A stretch of 64,000 nucleotides of DNA from the NCBI GenBank assembly GCA_046563655.1, contig CM102283.1, positions 7,192,001 through 7,256,000 on the forward strand. The letters are read 5' to 3'. The DNA comes from Yuukianura sp. NJ FZ-2021 (Eukaryota). The notes beneath the pieces were generated by a model that worked only from the letters and a program-made list of their open reading frames with translations, did no database searches and was not told the origin of the DNA. Shown here one piece after another: positions 13,069 through 26,856 of the stretch. A program made the position numbers and the translations under genes. Within the stretch, counting starts at the first letter, position 1; every line of letters starts with the position of its first letter.

Positions 13069-13997
13069 TTTGAACGCGTTTCTGTTGTGTCAGTAGAAAT
13101 CGCTGAGAAGAAAGTTGTATGATTTTTATGAAATTTCAGAAACTTGAAAAAAATTTTTTTTAGTCACCTACAAGTTTTCTGCAAATAACAAACGTTGTTA
13201 CCCGATTTTTTCCCAAGGTAATTTTTATTTCCCAATTTAATAGGCACCAAGTATGAACAATATTATTTCAAACCATGATCACCGATACTCAACTGTATCT
13301 TGTACAAATTGAATGTTGTACAATTTTAGGATTACAAGATTACATACAAGATAACATAACACGACCCCTCATACCAAAACAATTGGAATCAGATACTGAT
13401 TTTGCCACAGTTAGAGCTGATCTTGACAAATCCCTCATTCGCATTTATTTACTTACCTTGTAGTTTTAATTTAAACTTATTAGTATATTTTTGTTAGTCA
13501 AAATAAGTTAAACTTTTGAGCAGTGATTTTTAGTCTTTTTGCAAGATTAATACCATAACCTGAACGGGGCTGGTAAAAATTGGATTTCAAAATGGCAAAT
13601 TACTGAAGTGGAATGGAATTGTTACATTGGAAGCCACTGTAACGCTAACTCTAAACTGAATTACAACCATTTAGTATTGAAGGAACATTTTAACAGTTAG
13701 AGTTAGCCCAACCAGAACTTTTGAAAAATATCGTAAGTTGACCTTGTCAAACTAAATTTTTACCACAATTGAACTACATGTGTAAAGAAAAGTTTAAATT
13801 GTGTACGGATTGGTTTGGTAATACCCACTGTACACTAAATATTTATCTTCTAACCCTGTGAAGTGTACTTGACAATGTGCAACTAACGTTTGTTTGTGGT
13901 AAGTAATTATAAACTTGGCAAGTTCTGAACACTTTTTGGACAAATCAGAATTATGAATTACAAAGTTACTGAGAAGATGACATTTTGAATTTTGAAG

Positions 13998-15994
13998 TTA
14001 GTCTCGCACTCTCTCACCCCAAATGGTACTTCTGCGCACTCCAACAGTTGGACGGGCAATGGTTGAGAACGGTTCCGTGTTGAATTTGATACTCTTCACA
14101 TTCGATTGAAGTTCAGACATTGTGTTTTCCTTGAAAATGGCATACAATTGGACGTATCGAAGGCGCGGAGCTGTGGGAAGCAAGAGGTAAGCTCCCAGAC
14201 GAATACTGTAGCACCGACTTAGACTAAGGCATTCCAATACTTTCAGATTATCCACAATATACTGAACTGATTTGTGTGTGATTTCTTGACTGTCGGATAA
14301 ATCAAGCTCCTTCAGACGTATCAACCTACTGGCTAAGATCTTGACATCTGAAAAAGCAAAAAAGTTGGAGATGTTAGGAAACGATTGATTAATGGCAAGG
14401 TCACAGTGACTAGTAACTTACGCTGATCTTTCATGCGGTAAACGAATCCAGCAACGTTGAGTTTTTCCAAACTGACTGGCAACGTGCTCACAATCGTTTT
14501 CAATTCTTCCCCACTCCAAGTCTGTACTAAGCAGCCTAAATTCAATGACTTTAACCTGGAAACCAAAGCAGTATTAAACATTCAGCAGGAAACAAATGTA
14601 AATCTGTGTGGTATCTTAAACACTTACTTCCGGCATTTGACTATAAATTGAGAAAATGCTTGAAAGTTGACATCATAGCACATAGTTAAGTTCAGTGTAT
14701 CTATTGTAGACGTAAATGACATCATTCCTTCTATCACTTCCGATGTAACACAGAGCGCTTCCAGACTGCATTTCACTAAGGAGGTACACATTGACAAAAT
14801 ATGGGCCAAATGGGTCGTGGTAATTTCTGCCATTGAGAGATCCAAGTAAAGGAGCTGAGATGCCATCAACTTTTCAGAACCATCGATTGGAGCTGGAATC
14901 TACAATGATAATAAAACGTCATTTTATTTCCGTTTCTTGTTGTCTCAATGGTGCATTCAAACCCGATGTCACTTCACTTACGAGTGATCTTGCTAGACGA
15001 ACATGCGTAGGATTCCGTTGAAAAATAGTTTTAGTTGAATCTGGAGTGAGAAATTTCCCGATCACATCAACTCGCTTCCACAGTACTTCGTCACTCGCCA
15101 GCTCATTGAATCGTTGACTAACTTGGAGGCAGTTGAACAACGCCCCTTTGCCCAAGAAACTGAAGACTTTCAAAACCTAAGGCGCAAAGACACCACAATG
15201 GATTACTCCCCAATTCAAAATCCATTTTTACATATAAATCAATGATTACCATTTCGTCCGGTAGAGCAGCAAAGAAATCGTTGTCTGATTTCCTGCGTTG
15301 CCTTCGTATAATCCGATTCTGTTGAAACCTGAAGCTGCTGGCCTCAAACGTTTCATTGACAGCATTCAGTGGATCATAAATATCAAATGTATGGTGATTG
15401 ATGTCTGCCAACGAGGCAGAGGCGTGACGAACGAGTGGATGTGCTCTGGCAACCTTCCCTGTACTACCATTAGTTCCATTAGTATTGGGTTTTCGAAACG
15501 CTGATGACCCCGGCCCATCCACTGATGCTTGCGTTGATTTCACCGGTGAAAGCGGAAGTCGATGGATTCCCGGAATTTCCTTTTCGTACCCGCCTAGTAA
15601 TGGGTAGGAGTATCTGCAACCAACAAAACCACGGTTCATCTCAGCATCTTATATCGCTTTTCTGATTCATCCAATAGTTAAAACCGCGTGGATTAGCTTG
15701 ATTTGGTCAATTATTCATTGATTCTTACCGTTTCCTTTTCGCCCTATGTACATTTTCGTCCCTGTTTCCATTTTCAGCTGCCGATGGGTCTTGGTTGCCT
15801 GCCTTAGTCTTGTGAGTGAGTCTGTCTATTGGAATGTCCTCAAGTTGACCTGGTGACCTTTTGGATTTGGAATCAATCGATGATGCTGGTTCTCCGGCAC
15901 TCATGATTGGGAGGGAAGAGGAAGAAGAAGGAGCTTCAGCTTGTGTTGTTGTGACTCCGGTGGTGGAAGAATTGGCCACTTTTTGCGCGCTCAT
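13998..15994 (-). CDS. SKP2: S-phase kinase-associated protein 2 (F-box/LRR)
   Basis: F-box FFAALPDEMV|LKVFSFLGKGALFNCLQVSQRFNELASDEVLWKRVDV, LRRs (LLYLDLSMAEIT, LKELDLSDS, LECLSLSRCY) and the SKP2-type C-terminus FSTIARPTVGVRRSTIWGERVRD. ATG 15994 has an in-frame stop upstream, so the start is moderately certain. Confidence 0.92.
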
Positions 15995-16342
15995 TTTTCG
16001 AGGGAGAGTTGAATGGACCGAAGAGTGGGAAAGTGAGATTGCGGGAGCAGAAGTTCTGTCCGTTAGACGGGTTCACCCGCCTCCCTTTGGCGCTCAATTG
16101 ACAATGCCCGCCAACGGTGCTCCTCAAACTGAATTAATGCTAAGTAGTCAATTAACTCAACAATTAATTGATATTTTACATTTTATAACTGCTGTTACTT
16201 TTACCCAACTTTAGGCCAACGTTTCAGCCATAAGTTGCTTCTTCGTCACTTGTTAATTCTTAAATGTCTTTGGCAATCTTCTCCACTATTTGCTAATGTT
16301 CCATACATTTTCAGAACCAAATGAAGGAACCGTGCAAGCGGG

Positions 16343-16357
16343 GCGCCAAAATTCAAA
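16343..16357 (-). promoter_or_regulatory. Adjacent E2F (TTTGGCGC) and CHR (TTTGAA) motifs at the SKP2 promoter
   Basis: The minus strand reads TTTGAA-T-TTTGGCGC immediately upstream of the putative SKP2 first exon. SKP2 is an established E2F target. Confidence 0.6.
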
Positions 16358-19230
16358 TGTCAATGTTAAGAAAACGACGTAACTGAGAGACTGACCACGG
16401 ACCGGAAATACAAAATCTATCAATCGGATTATTTTGCTATTCTTAACTAATTGAATTCATTTTTCTGTTCCAGGTAGACAAGAATCAATGAAAACGTTTT
16501 ACATTTGACTGAGATTGGACGAGGCAGTCGAGTGGAGTCCAAAGAGAGCTGAAGCAAGCCGTTTGATCGGTTCTGGATTTGAAGTAAGACGACAATGAAT
16601 TAGCTTTAAGTTCTCTAATCATTCGTTATTATTGGTTTAACTGAGATCTCATTCATCGTTACAAGAAGATGGCTTTGGGATCGGTTATCAATTCGCGTGA
16701 CTGGCGCTGGATACGGAGTCAGTTTAATAACAAATCCTGTGATGCAGAAACTGGCTCTGCTCGGTCTTCGTCATCGTCATTTGAACGTGAATCATTTTTT
16801 GGGACATGATACGGCATAAATTTGAGTGTTTGTTTGGTGGGAGGATTTTAATTTATTGATACACGTTTTCTCTATTTTCAGATCCGCAAGACTGACTGTT
16901 TACCAATTGATGTCCACTGGAAGGAAGTACCCGTCCGGAGAAAGCGGAACTGGCATTACCTTGAATTTTGGATTTCGAATCTTGAAGATGAGACTGAAGA
17001 TGAAATCGTATTGGACTCCAGAACGTGGTGGACGAACGCTTCGTCATGGAGGAAGATGTCATGAGCTCTCCACTTATCTCATCTCACCTGGCTTTTTTAC
17101 TTCTCACCTGAGACAAGGGACCAGAGGAGATACGGAACACAATACATTTGATACTTGATGGTTGGGGCTACGGGTGGACATTACTACAATCACGACTTTC
17201 GGAGGTAGTTGTTCTTGTGGTCCCCAATCGACTCTATAGTTGTCCAAGACTCCAAAGTTCTGCTTCATTAATCTTTCATAGTCACTCTCTTAGCTCTTCC
17301 AGGGTTTCGTTGACCTTTGCCGGCCGCCAGTACACCATAGATCTCTTACAACCACTGCCTTTTACCTTACCAATCTTGGATACATAGATATTACAGGTCT
17401 TCGTCGCTCATCTTCTTTTGGTTTTTCAAAAATTAGCAGAAAAAATTGTAATTGCCTAAACTGTTTAGTGTTTCAGCGAAAACTACCTATGAACGATGAC
17501 CTCAACAATTACTGCAACAGTCACAGACGTAAGTAATCGTTACCGAAAATTGGCGCGCAATATTAGCTGGGCGATTGGTGTTCCAGCTATGGTTTCGAAA
17601 CAAGGCTATTGGTAATTGCATTGTTTAGGTACTTTACCCCGGTTGTTTTGAAGTTCATCTTCATTATTTGACATTGTTAGCCACAAGTTCCTCAATTACT
17701 TCTAATTACTGGACTTGTCATGCCCAGTTAGGCGGAATGCGGCAATGTTGCTGTAACCTCTTCAATAAATTGGCGGCATTTCTTTTGAACTTCGGCACAG
17801 GCGCTAGTGATGCTGCGATGAACAGCGTCCATGTCTATGTCCATGGATTTCTAACATTTAACTTCTTGGCTCGTGCTTCCAACTTTGCAGAAAAGTTTTT
17901 CTGCGTTTCCAAAAATGCTGAAAAGTCTTAACTGTTTACGTTTAAAATTAATTTTAATTCACATCTCCTTAAAATTTTTTGTCACTTATTTTTTTTTTAG
18001 TAGAAACAGGTTAAATGAACATTTAACGGCTCATCGCAATAAGATGAGTAATCGGTTTTCAATCTTGAATGTGACACACGAAACGCAGTACTAAAACTTA
18101 AAGGTTTCTTTTCTGAACTACCTTGGTAGCCGTAAGTCATTGGATGTGGAATTCAAAATTTGAAATTGAAAGAATTTAGCATAAAAACCAGAATTTCCAG
18201 GATCAATGTGGAATTTTAAATAAGGCAAAATTACAACCTTCGTTTGATTGAAGTTACAGAACAAGTTTTCTGCAAAAACTTAACATTTCAAAAACCAAGC
18301 CTCTCTTTGACTTTTTTGTCATTTGCAGTTTAGACATGTCCGGTGACCTAAGAGTCGTTAAGCGTGACCTATACGCATCTGCATGGCAATTTACAACTAT
18401 AACTTTTTATGCGTACTTAGAATACGCATTGTTAGCACTTTTGTTATTAAGCACAGGGCACACCTTCCTGACCTCTCAGTTTTGATGTTTCCTGAAATCG
18501 GACAAGTGGAACCATAAATTCTTCTAAACTTGTTAGCTCGACACTTTTTTCGAATTTAAAAAAAAACCTATAGCCACTCTTTTTTTCTGCACATTTTACT
18601 CGAAAAATTTCCAGAGATGAAAAAATTCCCGGAACATTTTTTTTTGTAAAAACGCTAAAAATTACAAAGTGCAAACTGGTTTGGCTCTACCTTAAGTCAA
18701 GCAGTTCAACTTGACATTGGTTTGGTAAACTTTGTAAAGCAAAGTGAACAACTTAATAGTCTTCAAAAAAAGCTTCTTTGGCACCTTGAGCAAAGATGCT
18801 CATTAATTGCGTAGATTTTTTTTAAATGTTCCGCCCATCTTGCCTGTTGTTGTCGTGATGTAAGAACGTGGAATGCTGTTTGTCAGGCAGGCGCAAGAGG
18901 AGGATGTTGGCAAACGATTGTTTTGGAAGATTCTCCACAGTAAACAGTCTAGAACAAGAGTGGTATGATTAATCAGAAAAAAGTTAAAGAAATCAACAGT
19001 GGAAATCAGTGTGAAGGTAATCGTCTACCAAGGTAGTTCAAAAGTTGCCACGACTTTTATCCAACCTTGATTTTCCTCTTTGTAGTATACAAGTTTTAGG
19101 TGTATTAATTGAACTTAATCTTGTAAAAGCACTTTACAAAGTTTATTACACACAGACGCTGGGTGTGCGTACTCGTTTTTCTTAGTGAGAACGCAGTGTC
19201 CCCTTTGAAGGGATCCCTAAGACTTCAAAA

Positions 19231-19343
19231 GTTTCCCAGAATTTTGAATTTTCTCGCAACTTTTGAGAGTTTCACAGAATTGTGAATGTTCTAGCAACTT
19301 TTGAGGGTTTCCCAGAATTTTGAAGTTTGTATCAACTTTTGAG
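19231..19343. repeat. Three-copy ~38-bp tandem repeat just upstream of the Rab32 ORF
   Basis: gtttc(c/a)cagaatt(t/g)tgaa...caacttttgag repeated three times. Confidence 0.85.
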
Positions 19344-19358
19344 TTTTGACATCTTGAA

Positions 19359-22300
19359 ATGTTTCCCACCGCTTCGAAATCTCCATCTTTGCGGTCCGTT
19401 GACTCCGATTATGCTGGGAGAGACGTAAGTCCTATGGGGAGGCGGGGCGTAAGTCCCCTGGGGAAACGCGGTGTAAGTCCTTTAGGAACAAGGAGATTGG
19501 ATAGATTCGGGACCCTTGAGAGCCTTGAAAGTGCTGGAAGTGACTTGGACTCTGTCCGATCCGAAACCCCCTCCCCCACTACTCGGAGTAGAAGCAGTAG
19601 CCATGCAGATTCCGTTGGCAAGAAAAAGAAAAAAGGCCTGGGAGCCATGTTGAAGAAAATGAAGTCAGACTTGGACCAGGATTTACTGCGCAGAGAATCG
19701 CCTGATTCAGACAAAAAGTTGCGCAGAACAAAATCCAGTGAAGATGGAGTAGATGAAGGTGGAGCGGGAAGGATAAGGACTTCGTCACTATCGAATCCAT
19801 CATCATCTCCAACACCGCTTGAACCTGTACCGGAAATACCACCACCACCACCATCTTCTCCTTTAAGTACAGAAATTCCTTCATCCGAGGCCGAAGCTAA
19901 GAAGAAAAAGAAAACTTCGATACTGCAAAATGTCAAGGACAAGTTTGGGTCACGTGGTTCCAAACATGCGGATTCTGTATTGCATGACCTTCAGTCGCCA
20001 ATCCAAGTGAGACAAATTCTGCAAGGTCAAGATCAAATTCTGAAAGATGAAGAACAAATTCAGCAAAATCAACATCAAATTCTGGAAATTCAAAATCAAA
20101 TTCAGCACGATCAAGATCAAATTCTGGAACATCAGAATCAAATTGGGCAAGATGCAAATCAAATTCAGCAAGATCCAGTTCAAATTCTACAACGCCAAAT
20201 TCAAATTCGTCAAGGTCTGATTAAAATTTTGGAAGAACAAAATAAAAATCGGCAAGATCCAAAAGAAAACCGATCTTACCCGGAAATAAACGAACGAATG
20301 AACAACGAATTCATGACAAAAATGGGGTCCAGTCCCAACTTACAAGCACCAAATATTAGCAGCGGGAAATTTGAACCAGAAGCCAAAACAGGTTCGTACT
20401 CCTACAATTATCTTACGAATTTTCAAATTCTTGAATGATTCGATTTTTTTTTAATTTTTTGTATTCTAAAAATATTGTTCATATTTGAACGCAACTTTTA
20501 GACAATGGTTCATTGTATTTGTACGTAAATTCTCAAGGCATGTAGAATATTATTCATGTTATTGGTGGATAAAACTTGAAATAAGTAGATATTAGATAAC
20601 GGACCAAAGTGCACCAAGTGTATGAAGATAGCAACAACAAAACTAAATTTTGCGTTCAAATTAAACATGTTTTGGTGAACCTTGAACCAAAACACAATGG
20701 AAAAGTGAATCTTTCCCGTTGGAAAAACAATGTCAGTTTTGTGATTTGTGGCTATGGGGGGATTTGTGTTGACGTGAAAGCGATTGACGCTAAAAAAGTT
20801 AATTACATGTACTTAATTTTTTACTGTTCTAATAATTATTGGAGACTTATGCCGCTTTTTTTCTGGAACATTACAGACACATCTGCTGGAGAATCGAAGT
20901 TTAGAAGCTCTTTGACGTGGATATCATCCCCTACAAGTCAATCTGTTACTGCATCGAAGAAGCATCTTCGTGACCTCGAAAGTGAGCCAGAGATAGTCTC
21001 CACTTCAGAACAACTACTAAGATCAGAAACCAAAACTAAAGACACTCCAGTGCTGGATGATGACTCTAATCCAACAGACAAAGTGCCAGATCCAGCACAA
21101 ACTATTTTGCAAGTTCTGTCACCACTCAAACCTTCCGTTTCTGGCGTCAAACAGGTAAGGCGGGGACTTATTCATCCCTGTAGTGGTTTCAATTTTAGAA
21201 AACCCGCCTAAAATCTAACTTCAATTTGGCGCGTTTTCTAAAGTTGAATTCATTTTTAAGGAACAGACCAAGATGGAGTCGACGTCGGCTCCAGTCGGAG
21301 AATCTCCGCTCATCAACTACGGTGCATCGGCCCAACGCATGAGAATCAAGAAACCGAATTTGCAAAAAGCCACACTCCAACGCATTTTTCTGCAACGAAG
21401 AGGAAGTGAAGGTGATGCAGATCAAGGTCCAAATGAATGTAATGACGCCTTGAAAGTCAACCTTAACGGAAGTGTACCGAAAGATTTGGATTCCAATTTT
21501 CGAAATTTGGGAAATTCTAGACCAGAGGGGTCAGATTTACCAGGTTCGGGTGACCTTGGGTCAAAGGATGCTGGGGATGATGACGAAGTGGAAATTGTTC
21601 GCGAGTACTTGCAACCTAGAGAAGTTTCAACAGTGACAGTATCTGTCCATCCGAATCCTGATGATCAGTTGTCACATAAGAAAAGACTTAGCGTAATTAG
21701 TGAAAGTGAAGGTGACAAGGAAGGTGGTGGATTCACATACCTCAATCCAGAAATTGAGTACTCGACTATTCGCAGAGCGTCGGATTTTACTGACAGTTTT
21801 AGAAAATTAGAGCCGTTCAAATTTGAAAAAGAAGTACCGATTGAGGTCATAATCAAAATTTCATGTTTTTGCGCTGCGCGGCTCAGGATTTGCTGGAAAA
21901 ACCAATCGCTTTAGTTCTAAAATCTAAGAATTTGGGAAATGCTGTCAAAATTTTGAGTTGAAATTGACATTGTTTTGGTTTTTGAATTTAGGGTAAGCGT
22001 GAGCGCCTGTACAAAGTGTTGGTTGTTGGTGAACTAGGAACCGGAAAAACAAGTATCATCAAGCGTTATGTTCATCAGTTCTTCAGCCAACATTATAGAG
22101 CAACAATTGGGGTTGATTTTGCCCTCAAGGTCTTACGGGTAATTAAGATTCCATAAAATTTTATTAAGTTAATCGATTAAAAACTACTTTAAACTTTGTG
22201 TTTTTTTTGTTTAGTGGGACCCTGAGACGGTAGTACGACTTCAGTTATGGGATATCGCTGGACAAGAACGTTTTGGTTCCATGACACGCGTTTACTACAA

Positions 22301-22890
22301 AGAGGCTGTCGGAGCTTTTGTTGTTTTTGATGTCGCCAGAGCAGCTACATTGGAGGCAGTTCCAAAATGGAAGGCAGATTTGGATTCAAAAGTTGTTCTT
22401 CCGGATGGACGGTCCATCCCAGCCGTTTTACTTGCAAACAAGGTCAGTTTGTCATGAAAAGTGAAGTTTCCTGATTCAAAAATTATATGAACCAGTGACA
22501 ACTGGGACTGGGTTAATAATTAATAACCAGTTTTTATTTAAATTCTACAGTGTGATCAACCCAAGGAAGGCATAGCTGCCAGTCGTGACAAAATGAACGA
22601 ATTTTGTCAGCAACAAGGATTTTCAGCTTGGTTTGAAACTTCGGCCAAGGAAAACATAAATATCGACGAAGCCGCAAACTTTCTGGTGTCAAAAGTAATT
22701 AAAATCTAAGCTAATTATTTCCAAGATTCCTAAGTCCAGATTAATTTTTAGTAACTTTTGTGTATCTTTGTTCCACCAGATCCTAGAAATGGACAAATGG
22801 AGTCAAGAGCCGATTGCCAGTGATCCAGACAAATTGGGGCTACGTATGGGAAATGGCGGGAAAAGCTCAAACAGCCAGTGTTCATGCTGA
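19359..22890 (+). CDS. Rab32: Rab32/38-family GTPase with long N-terminal extension
   Basis: Exons from 21991 encode [41 protein letters not shown], the Rab32/38/29 signature [22 protein letters not shown] and a C-terminal CSC prenylation motif. Upstream exons 19359-20391, 20877-21154 and 21261-21845 join in phase (1,0,0); that link is inferred. Confidence 0.9.
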
Positions 22891-24157
22891 GACTTACAGT
22901 GTCAAAGGTCACTTGGGTCACCAACAAATTGCCCTTCAGACCCTCAAGTGCCTAAGTCTTGACCCCTTCCATGCTCATGTGTCAAATCAAATGTTCTATG
23001 GTTCTCTGAAAGTAATCTAGGAGTACTAAAACCATAAATTACAATCGTTATTATATACTCATCAAATTTTATGAAAAAAAAATCCTCCTTTCAGTCAAAT
23101 TTTCTATAAATATTTCAATCAATTTTAAAACACAGTAGTGCAAAACTCTACGTATATTAATTAATTACTTTTCAAAGCGATATATTTAAATTTACCTCAT
23201 TTTTGCAAATCGTCGCCATAAAAGTGCTATAGACGTGCAGGGTTAAATTGGGTAACAAAAAGTATAATTTTTAGCCGATTTAGTTTGAGTAATAGATGTG
23301 CCGCCATAAATTAGTGAAAGACAAAAATAAATTAGGCAAGATGATTTATAATTTTTATCTGAACGTCTCAAGGAGATGTTTACTACGCCGTAAATGTCAA
23401 AAAATGTGTGACCTTTGCGTTGACCTTTAGTTGAATACGGAGACACAAGATTGTGTAATTTAATTGTAGAGACGAAGATTATAATGATTGGCATGGTTGG
23501 CTGATGATGACGCATAATTTTTGGGTGGGTCAAATTCCATTGAGATGTCGTATGCAAGGATTTTACATAAGGAAAAAATTGCAATTCTATAACTTTTACT
23601 TTATCCAGGAAACCTGCCTGTACATCTACTACCGAACAGTTGATACATGAATTATAGTTATAATTTTCATAATTTCTATAATTTTTAATTATAAATTCAT
23701 ATAATAAAATGTATAAATCACATAAAGTTTTGCTCATCTCTGCTATATGGGGTGCATCTAAATGAAGTGGTGACTAAGTGGTTTGTTTGCTTCATTTTTT
23801 TCATTTTTTTTCTCTGAACATTCAAGATTCTTTTGAGAAATGCAAAACAAGAAGAAAGTAACTAACCTGTTTCACTTTCTGTGATTGAAATTAATTAGGT
23901 TCAGGACCTCGATAATCACATATCCCCAATTTCTAATCCACTCTTCAAATTCTAACCTTTGGTGACCTCAATCCATAAACTACACGCAAGGAACCCCCCT
24001 TCGTTAACTACAACTTGATTTCATGCCATCAGCCACCACAAACCACAACGGGACAGGCCAAAAACTGCTAAGAGGCTAAGTTTTAACTGTTTTGAGACTA
24101 ATCAGCTGTATTTGACAGAAGGACATAGGAAATCCAAGGCCAACTTGGCTTACGACG

Positions 24158-26856
24158 ATGGGTAAGTCCTGAGGAAATTACGTTTCTTCCTTAACTTATT
24201 ACGATTGTTTGTGATTTAATTTGCTTTTTGTTAATCCCTAGAATGTGTCGTGGAGTACGAGTATGACGCGAACGAAAAAGACGAATTAACGCTGAAGAAA
24301 GGTGACCGAATTACGGAAGTTGTTACAGATTGTGATGGATGGTGGCGTGGAACGCTGAATGGGAAACGAGGCTTGTTTCCCGATAATTTCGTTAAAGTGA
24401 TTACACCAAATTCGGGCTCAAACGTTACTGCTACTACCGTTTCCGATACACCTAAACCTGCAGAAACCGATGCTCCAAGGATGAGACAAAAGTCAGGATC
24501 GGGACCACACCCAAGGTGAGCTAAGTCATTGTACTTTCGTCAAGGTCTTAGCCTAAAACGTAAGACTTAGGTGTAACATGTTATTATGTTGATTCCAGGC
24601 GGGTGAAAGCGATTTTCTCATACACTCCAGCACAAGAAGATGAGTTGCCCCTGGAAGTGGGTGACATCATTCAATTCCTAGAAGAAATCGAAGAAGGATG
24701 GTGGAAGGGGGAATTGAAAGGTCAAGTTGGTATTTTTCCGTCTAATTTTGTCTCCGAAGTAGGAAATGAGAAGGACAACGTTCACAATGGTAATGCTATG
24801 CCGGAAGTGAAAGGCGAAAAAGAAAAAGTTCGAAATCGAGAATCATACATTGCCAAAAGTAAAGGTAAGTCGTTCAATAAACCTTTACAGTTAGGAGATA
24901 CAGTTTTAAGAATGTTGTTGTTAGTCATTCCAGATGTCATTCCATCATCACCAGCCAAAGTGGAGGAGGCCGAAGTACTTCCAAAACTGCCACCAAAGCC
25001 AGGTCTTATTTTTATCTAAAAGCTCTCAGCTTTTGAGCTTTCGCACCTCTGAATCAGAATCTATTTACATATTTTACAGTTCGAGAGACTGCCCGATGTT
25101 TCTATCCCTATTTTGCACAAAATGACGATGAGCTAACACTTCAGGAGGGAGATATTGTTATCATCTTATCAAAAGAAAGCGAAGATGAAGGTTGGTGGAG
25201 AGGTGAACACCGTGGAAAAATTGGCGTAAGTAGTACCATTTATTGCTGAATTGAACAATTCAGTCCTTTTGATTGAAGTATTTCCATAGGTTTTTCCTGA
25301 CAACTTTGTGGAAATCATTACGCCTAATTCTCCAACTACAGCCATTCCTGCCGTCAATCAGCCGAAGGTCACTGCACAGGAGAGGGCCGGTATATCGAGA
25401 AGTTAGTTGTCAATTGTATAACAGTTTCTGTTGGATTGATTTCCTATTGGTTTTATCTAGACGATTCCAAGAAGGAATCTCGTCCAGGACCAGGATCACT
25501 GCCAATTGGAACGACTGTAGTTGATGGATCGGGAGCCAGCAAACCTTTGAAAGCCGAGTCCAAAGTTGCTTCACAAATAAAAGCTCTTACTACAAAGAAG
25601 GAGAGTCCTCCAACGAAAGGACCCGCACCGTTGTCACCAATTTCACCGTTTGGGGCAAACGTATTTGGTGGTTTCAGTGTGAAGAGAGACAGGGAACTAA
25701 AGTCTCCTCTTGCTTCTCCTTCGACTGAAACAGCATCAACAGACGAAGTAAATCTAAATTCAATCGAACGAAGTGAAAAATTGAATCACCTCACTGTCTC
25801 TCGTGTAAATACTTTCTCAAAAGTTACCAAATCGAATTTCTTGTTGGATATCATTACTCAAGTTGCTTTTTTTCAATTTTGCAGGCCAAAGCTCCAAAAC
25901 GACGTCCACCTTCTGCAGTTATCAGTCGTGAAGATGTAACTGTTCAAATAGAAACCTTCAACCTACTAATTTACTAACTAACGTTGGTTTTTTTTTTCAA
26001 GGAACATGAATTCGGATTGACCAATGGAACTGCTCCGTTGCCAATGATGAAGGAATCGGACCATGCACCACAACCGCAAGTTGCGCCGCCACCATTTGCC
26101 AGAACTAACAGTCACACAATTCACGTCCCCGATGGAACTGTATCTTCTCCAGTAAAGGAAACGTCGCCTGGTCCTCAACCGGCACCGCACCCTGCTGCTG
26201 TCAATAAGCCAAAACAAGCTATTCCATGGTACACATTTTGAATTTTACCGCTGATATCGATATTTTCCTTGTTTTTCAATCATTCTAACCTGCTTGCTTG
26301 TTATAGGATGGCTGAGTTGAAACTGAAGCAAGACACAAAGAAATCGACTGGAGTTGCTTCTCCAACTAGTACTGTCGCTCCAACGGCTTCAAACAACAAT
26401 AACATCAGTACTGTCATAGTCGCTCCACCAGCAGCTGCCAACATCATTACTTCCTCCGTACCCGCTCCAGGGCAAGCCAAAGCACCACCACTTCCAGTAA
26501 AACCAAACATTCCTGCTTCTACTCCTACTCCAGTGCCTCCTCCACAACAGCATCAGCCAGCTCCAGCTGAAAAGTCGCCACAAGGACCCATCAACAACAA
26601 TCTAACACAACCAGCGACTACTACGACTAGATTTGGAATCGGAGGAGGATTAAAGAGGAATGTAAGCAACCCTACGCCTCCTGTGAACCACATCAACCAA
26701 ACTGGACCTGTCAATAACAACGTGGAATTCGTAAGCTTGGAAGAGCACAATCAATTGAAGGAGCGCGTTGCTTCTTTGGAAAGTGAGCTGGACTTGTTGA
26801 AGCGGCAGCTGAAAGCGTTATCGTCCGATAGAGATTTCAAAGGACTCATTGTCTGA
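24158..26856 (+). CDS. cindr: CIN85/CD2AP (SH3KBP1, cindr-like) adaptor: three SH3 domains, Pro-rich region, C-terminal coiled coil
   Basis: ATG G|gtaagt at 24158 splices to ECVVEYEYDANEKDELTLKKGD...GWWRG...GLFPDNFV. Second and third SH3 domains follow, then LNHLTVSR|PKAPKRRPPS, PxxP motifs and a C-terminal coiled coil QLKERVASLESELDLLKRQL. Confidence 0.93.

Noticed and set aside
17728-17844. 38-aa minus-strand ORF MDIDMDAVHRSITSACAEVQKK...
   Set aside because: Short, with no recognisable domain and no consistent exon chain.
19409-20183. Long antisense ORFs opposite the Rab32 extension (likewise opposite cindr, PABP and Serinc)
   Set aside because: Shadow ORFs of real low-complexity or codon-biased exons.
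23243-23737. 164-aa minus-strand ORF, and the similar 159-aa ORF at 1370-1849
   Set aside because: AT-rich composition, no motif and no splice support. The first lies in the likely Rab32 3' UTR.
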